From Gemmatimonadales bacterium (GTDB lineage: Bacteria > Gemmatimonadota > Gemmatimonadetes > Gemmatimonadales > GWC2-71-9): DNA of 64,000 bases. The stretch is taken from positions 15,827 to 79,826 of the forward strand of contig DASWEL010000058.1 in NCBI GenBank assembly GCA_036394755.1, read 5' to 3'. Below, in pieces: positions 62,819 through 64,000 of the stretch (position 1 is its first letter; every line of letters begins with the position of its first letter). The translations under genes were made by a program, and so were the position numbers. Below the pieces are notes generated by a model that worked only from the letters and a program-made list of their open reading frames with translations, was not told the DNA's origin and did no database searches.

Positions 62819-64000
62819 ATGAATCGGCTATCGACAATCCTCGTCAGCATGGCGATGGGTGCGACGCTCGCCGTCGGATGCTCGTCCCCGACCGAAACAG
62901 GTCCTATCTCCGCAGACCGGCCTGGAGGACGGGGCGACGGGACCGTCGCGCGCATGGCGCTTCCCCGAGCGCCCGAAGGCATCGCCGTGGCAGACGCGGG
63001 ATTTGCCTACATCACACAGCCCGACCACGGCGTCTCCGGCGGCACGCTCGCCCGCGTGGACTTGAACGCGCACGCGATCACGGCGACGATCCCGGTGGGA
63101 ATGGTCCCGTCGCTGGTGATCTTCAATGCCGACCGCACGCGCGCCTATGTGTCGAACCAGTGGAGCGACGACGTCGGTATCATCGATGTCGCATCCAACA
63201 CGCAGATCGATGTGATCCCGACGGTGGGCGACCCGTTTGCGCTCGCGCTGTCGCCCGATGGCGGCGCGCTGCTGGTGACGACGAACGTCAATCAGCTCTT
63301 CAAGATCGATATTGCCACAAAGAAGGCGCTGGGATCGATTGGCCTCCCCGCCACATCGCACCACATCATCATGGGTCCGGGCGGCAGATCGCTCTACGTC
63401 GCGACGCGTGACGGTGGCACCGTGATGGAAGTCGATTGGCGCGCGATGACGGTCAGCCGGACCTTCGCGTTCGGCGGCAGGCCGCAGGACATGGCGTTCT
63501 CGCCGAGCGGGCAAGAGCTCTACGTCGCCAACGAGCTGAGCAACGTTCTGCACGTGATCGAACTCTCGACTGGAACGGCCACCAGTATTCCGCTCGCGGG
63601 GGGTGGCGAGGGGCTCGCACTCGGGAACGACGGCAACGACATCTATGTGGGGCTGGTGTTCGCCGGGACAGTGCAGGTGATCGACCGCAAAACCGCCGAA
63701 ACTATCCGACTGATTCCGGTGGGCGGCATTCCGCGTGAGATCGCGCTCGACTATACGGGCCGCGACGTCCTGGTGTCCAACGAGGACGGATGGGTGGATT
63801 TCATCGAGCCGAGCGATTCGCTGGTGCCACCACCGCCGCCACCGCCGCCTCCGCCACCGCCACCGCCGCCGCCGCCACCGCCTGACACCGGCTTCGCGCG
63901 CGTGTCACTGGGCGGGGGACCGATCGGCGTCGCGACATCGGGCAATATCGCGTTGGTCAGTCAGGATCAGGCCGGCACGGTGGCGCGGTTCGACCTTTCC
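62819..64000 (+). CDS. Lipoprotein with two YVTN-type beta-propeller domains joined by a 19-proline linker (3' end outside window)
   Basis: Absent from the ORF track because there is no stop in the window. ATG 62819 with GAGAAGGG upstream. MNRLSTILVSMAMGATLAVGC-S lipobox. The frame stays open to base 64000. Confidence 0.75.
   Translation, partial: MNRLSTILVSMAMGATLAVGCSSPTETGPISADRPGGRGDGTVARMALPRAPEGIAVADAGFAYITQPDHGVSGGTLARVDLNAHAITATIPVGMVPSLVIFNADRTRAYVSNQWSDDVGIIDVASNTQIDVIPTVGDPFALALSPDGGALLVTTNVNQLFKIDIATKKALGSIGLPATSHHIIMGPGGRSLYVATRDGGTVMEVDWRAMTVSRTFAFGGRPQDMAFSPSGQELYVANELSNVLHVIELSTGTATSIPLAGGGEGLALGNDGNDIYVGLVFAGTVQVIDRKTAETIRLIPVGGIPREIALDYTGRDVLVSNEDGWVDFIEPSDSLVPPPPPPPPPPPPPPPPPPPDTGFARVSLGGGPIGVATSGNIALVSQDQAGTVARFDLS

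Noticed and set aside
63751-63945. Minus-strand ORF encoding a poly-glycine run (GGGGGGGGGG...).
   Set aside because: It is simply the complement of the 19-proline linker in the plus-strand lipoprotein gene, whose frame is supported by propeller homology on both sides.

Overview
High-GC (about 65-70% by eye) bacterial chromosomal segment. It is very gene-dense and almost entirely core metabolism. The gene content (LPS export genes, futalosine menaquinone pathway, 14-subunit complex I) fits a Gram-negative lineage such as Gemmatimonadota or Acidobacteriota, but I cannot verify this without a database.

Gene order:
- sdhA (partial), sdhB, DinB-like, NDH-2
- Hybrid histidine kinase plus a small zinc-ribbon membrane protein (minus strand)
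- Two secreted peptidases and membrane proteins, then dcd
- Complete nuoA-N operon
- Phosphomannomutase, a large UPF0182-like membrane protein
- arcC-sucC-sucD-ndk
- yceD-rpmF-plsX-fabH-fabD-fabG-acpP-fabF
- mqnE-mqnA-mqnC and a short PurE-like gene
- A minus-strand NIPSNAP/HAD/amidohydrolase block
- ispF, DedA, xerD, cytochrome c, trpG
- kdsB-pyrG-kdsA-kdsD-lptC-lptA-lptB-rpoN and a GT2 glycosyltransferase
- Two paralogous beta-propeller genes running off the 3' end

More than 25 gene junctions overlap by 1 or 4 nt (ATGA, GTGA, TTGA, TGATG, TAGTG). Many long N-terminal extensions in the ORF track are therefore artefacts, and I re-set those starts.

I found no tRNA, rRNA, CRISPR array, transposase or prophage signature, and no recognisable defence or toxin system.

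Most noteworthy observations:
1. An ~84-nt three-hairpin element occurs twice, each time directly after a stop codon inside an operon. One base-pair substitution between copies preserves pairing.
2. Two genes have protein-like N-terminal sequence reaching back to a CTG embedded in a CTGA overlap, with no canonical start available.
3. Three homologous YVTN-type beta-propeller modules sit in tandem. One is fused to an AraC-like HTH region. Two sit in a lipoprotein, joined by a run of 19 prolines.
4. A truncated PurE-like gene is tied to the mqn genes.
5. A telomere-like C-tract (G-quadruplex motif on the opposite strand) lies in a divergent promoter region.
6. G9-G11 homopolymers lie inside coding regions.

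All family calls come from motif recognition in the translations. No searches were run.
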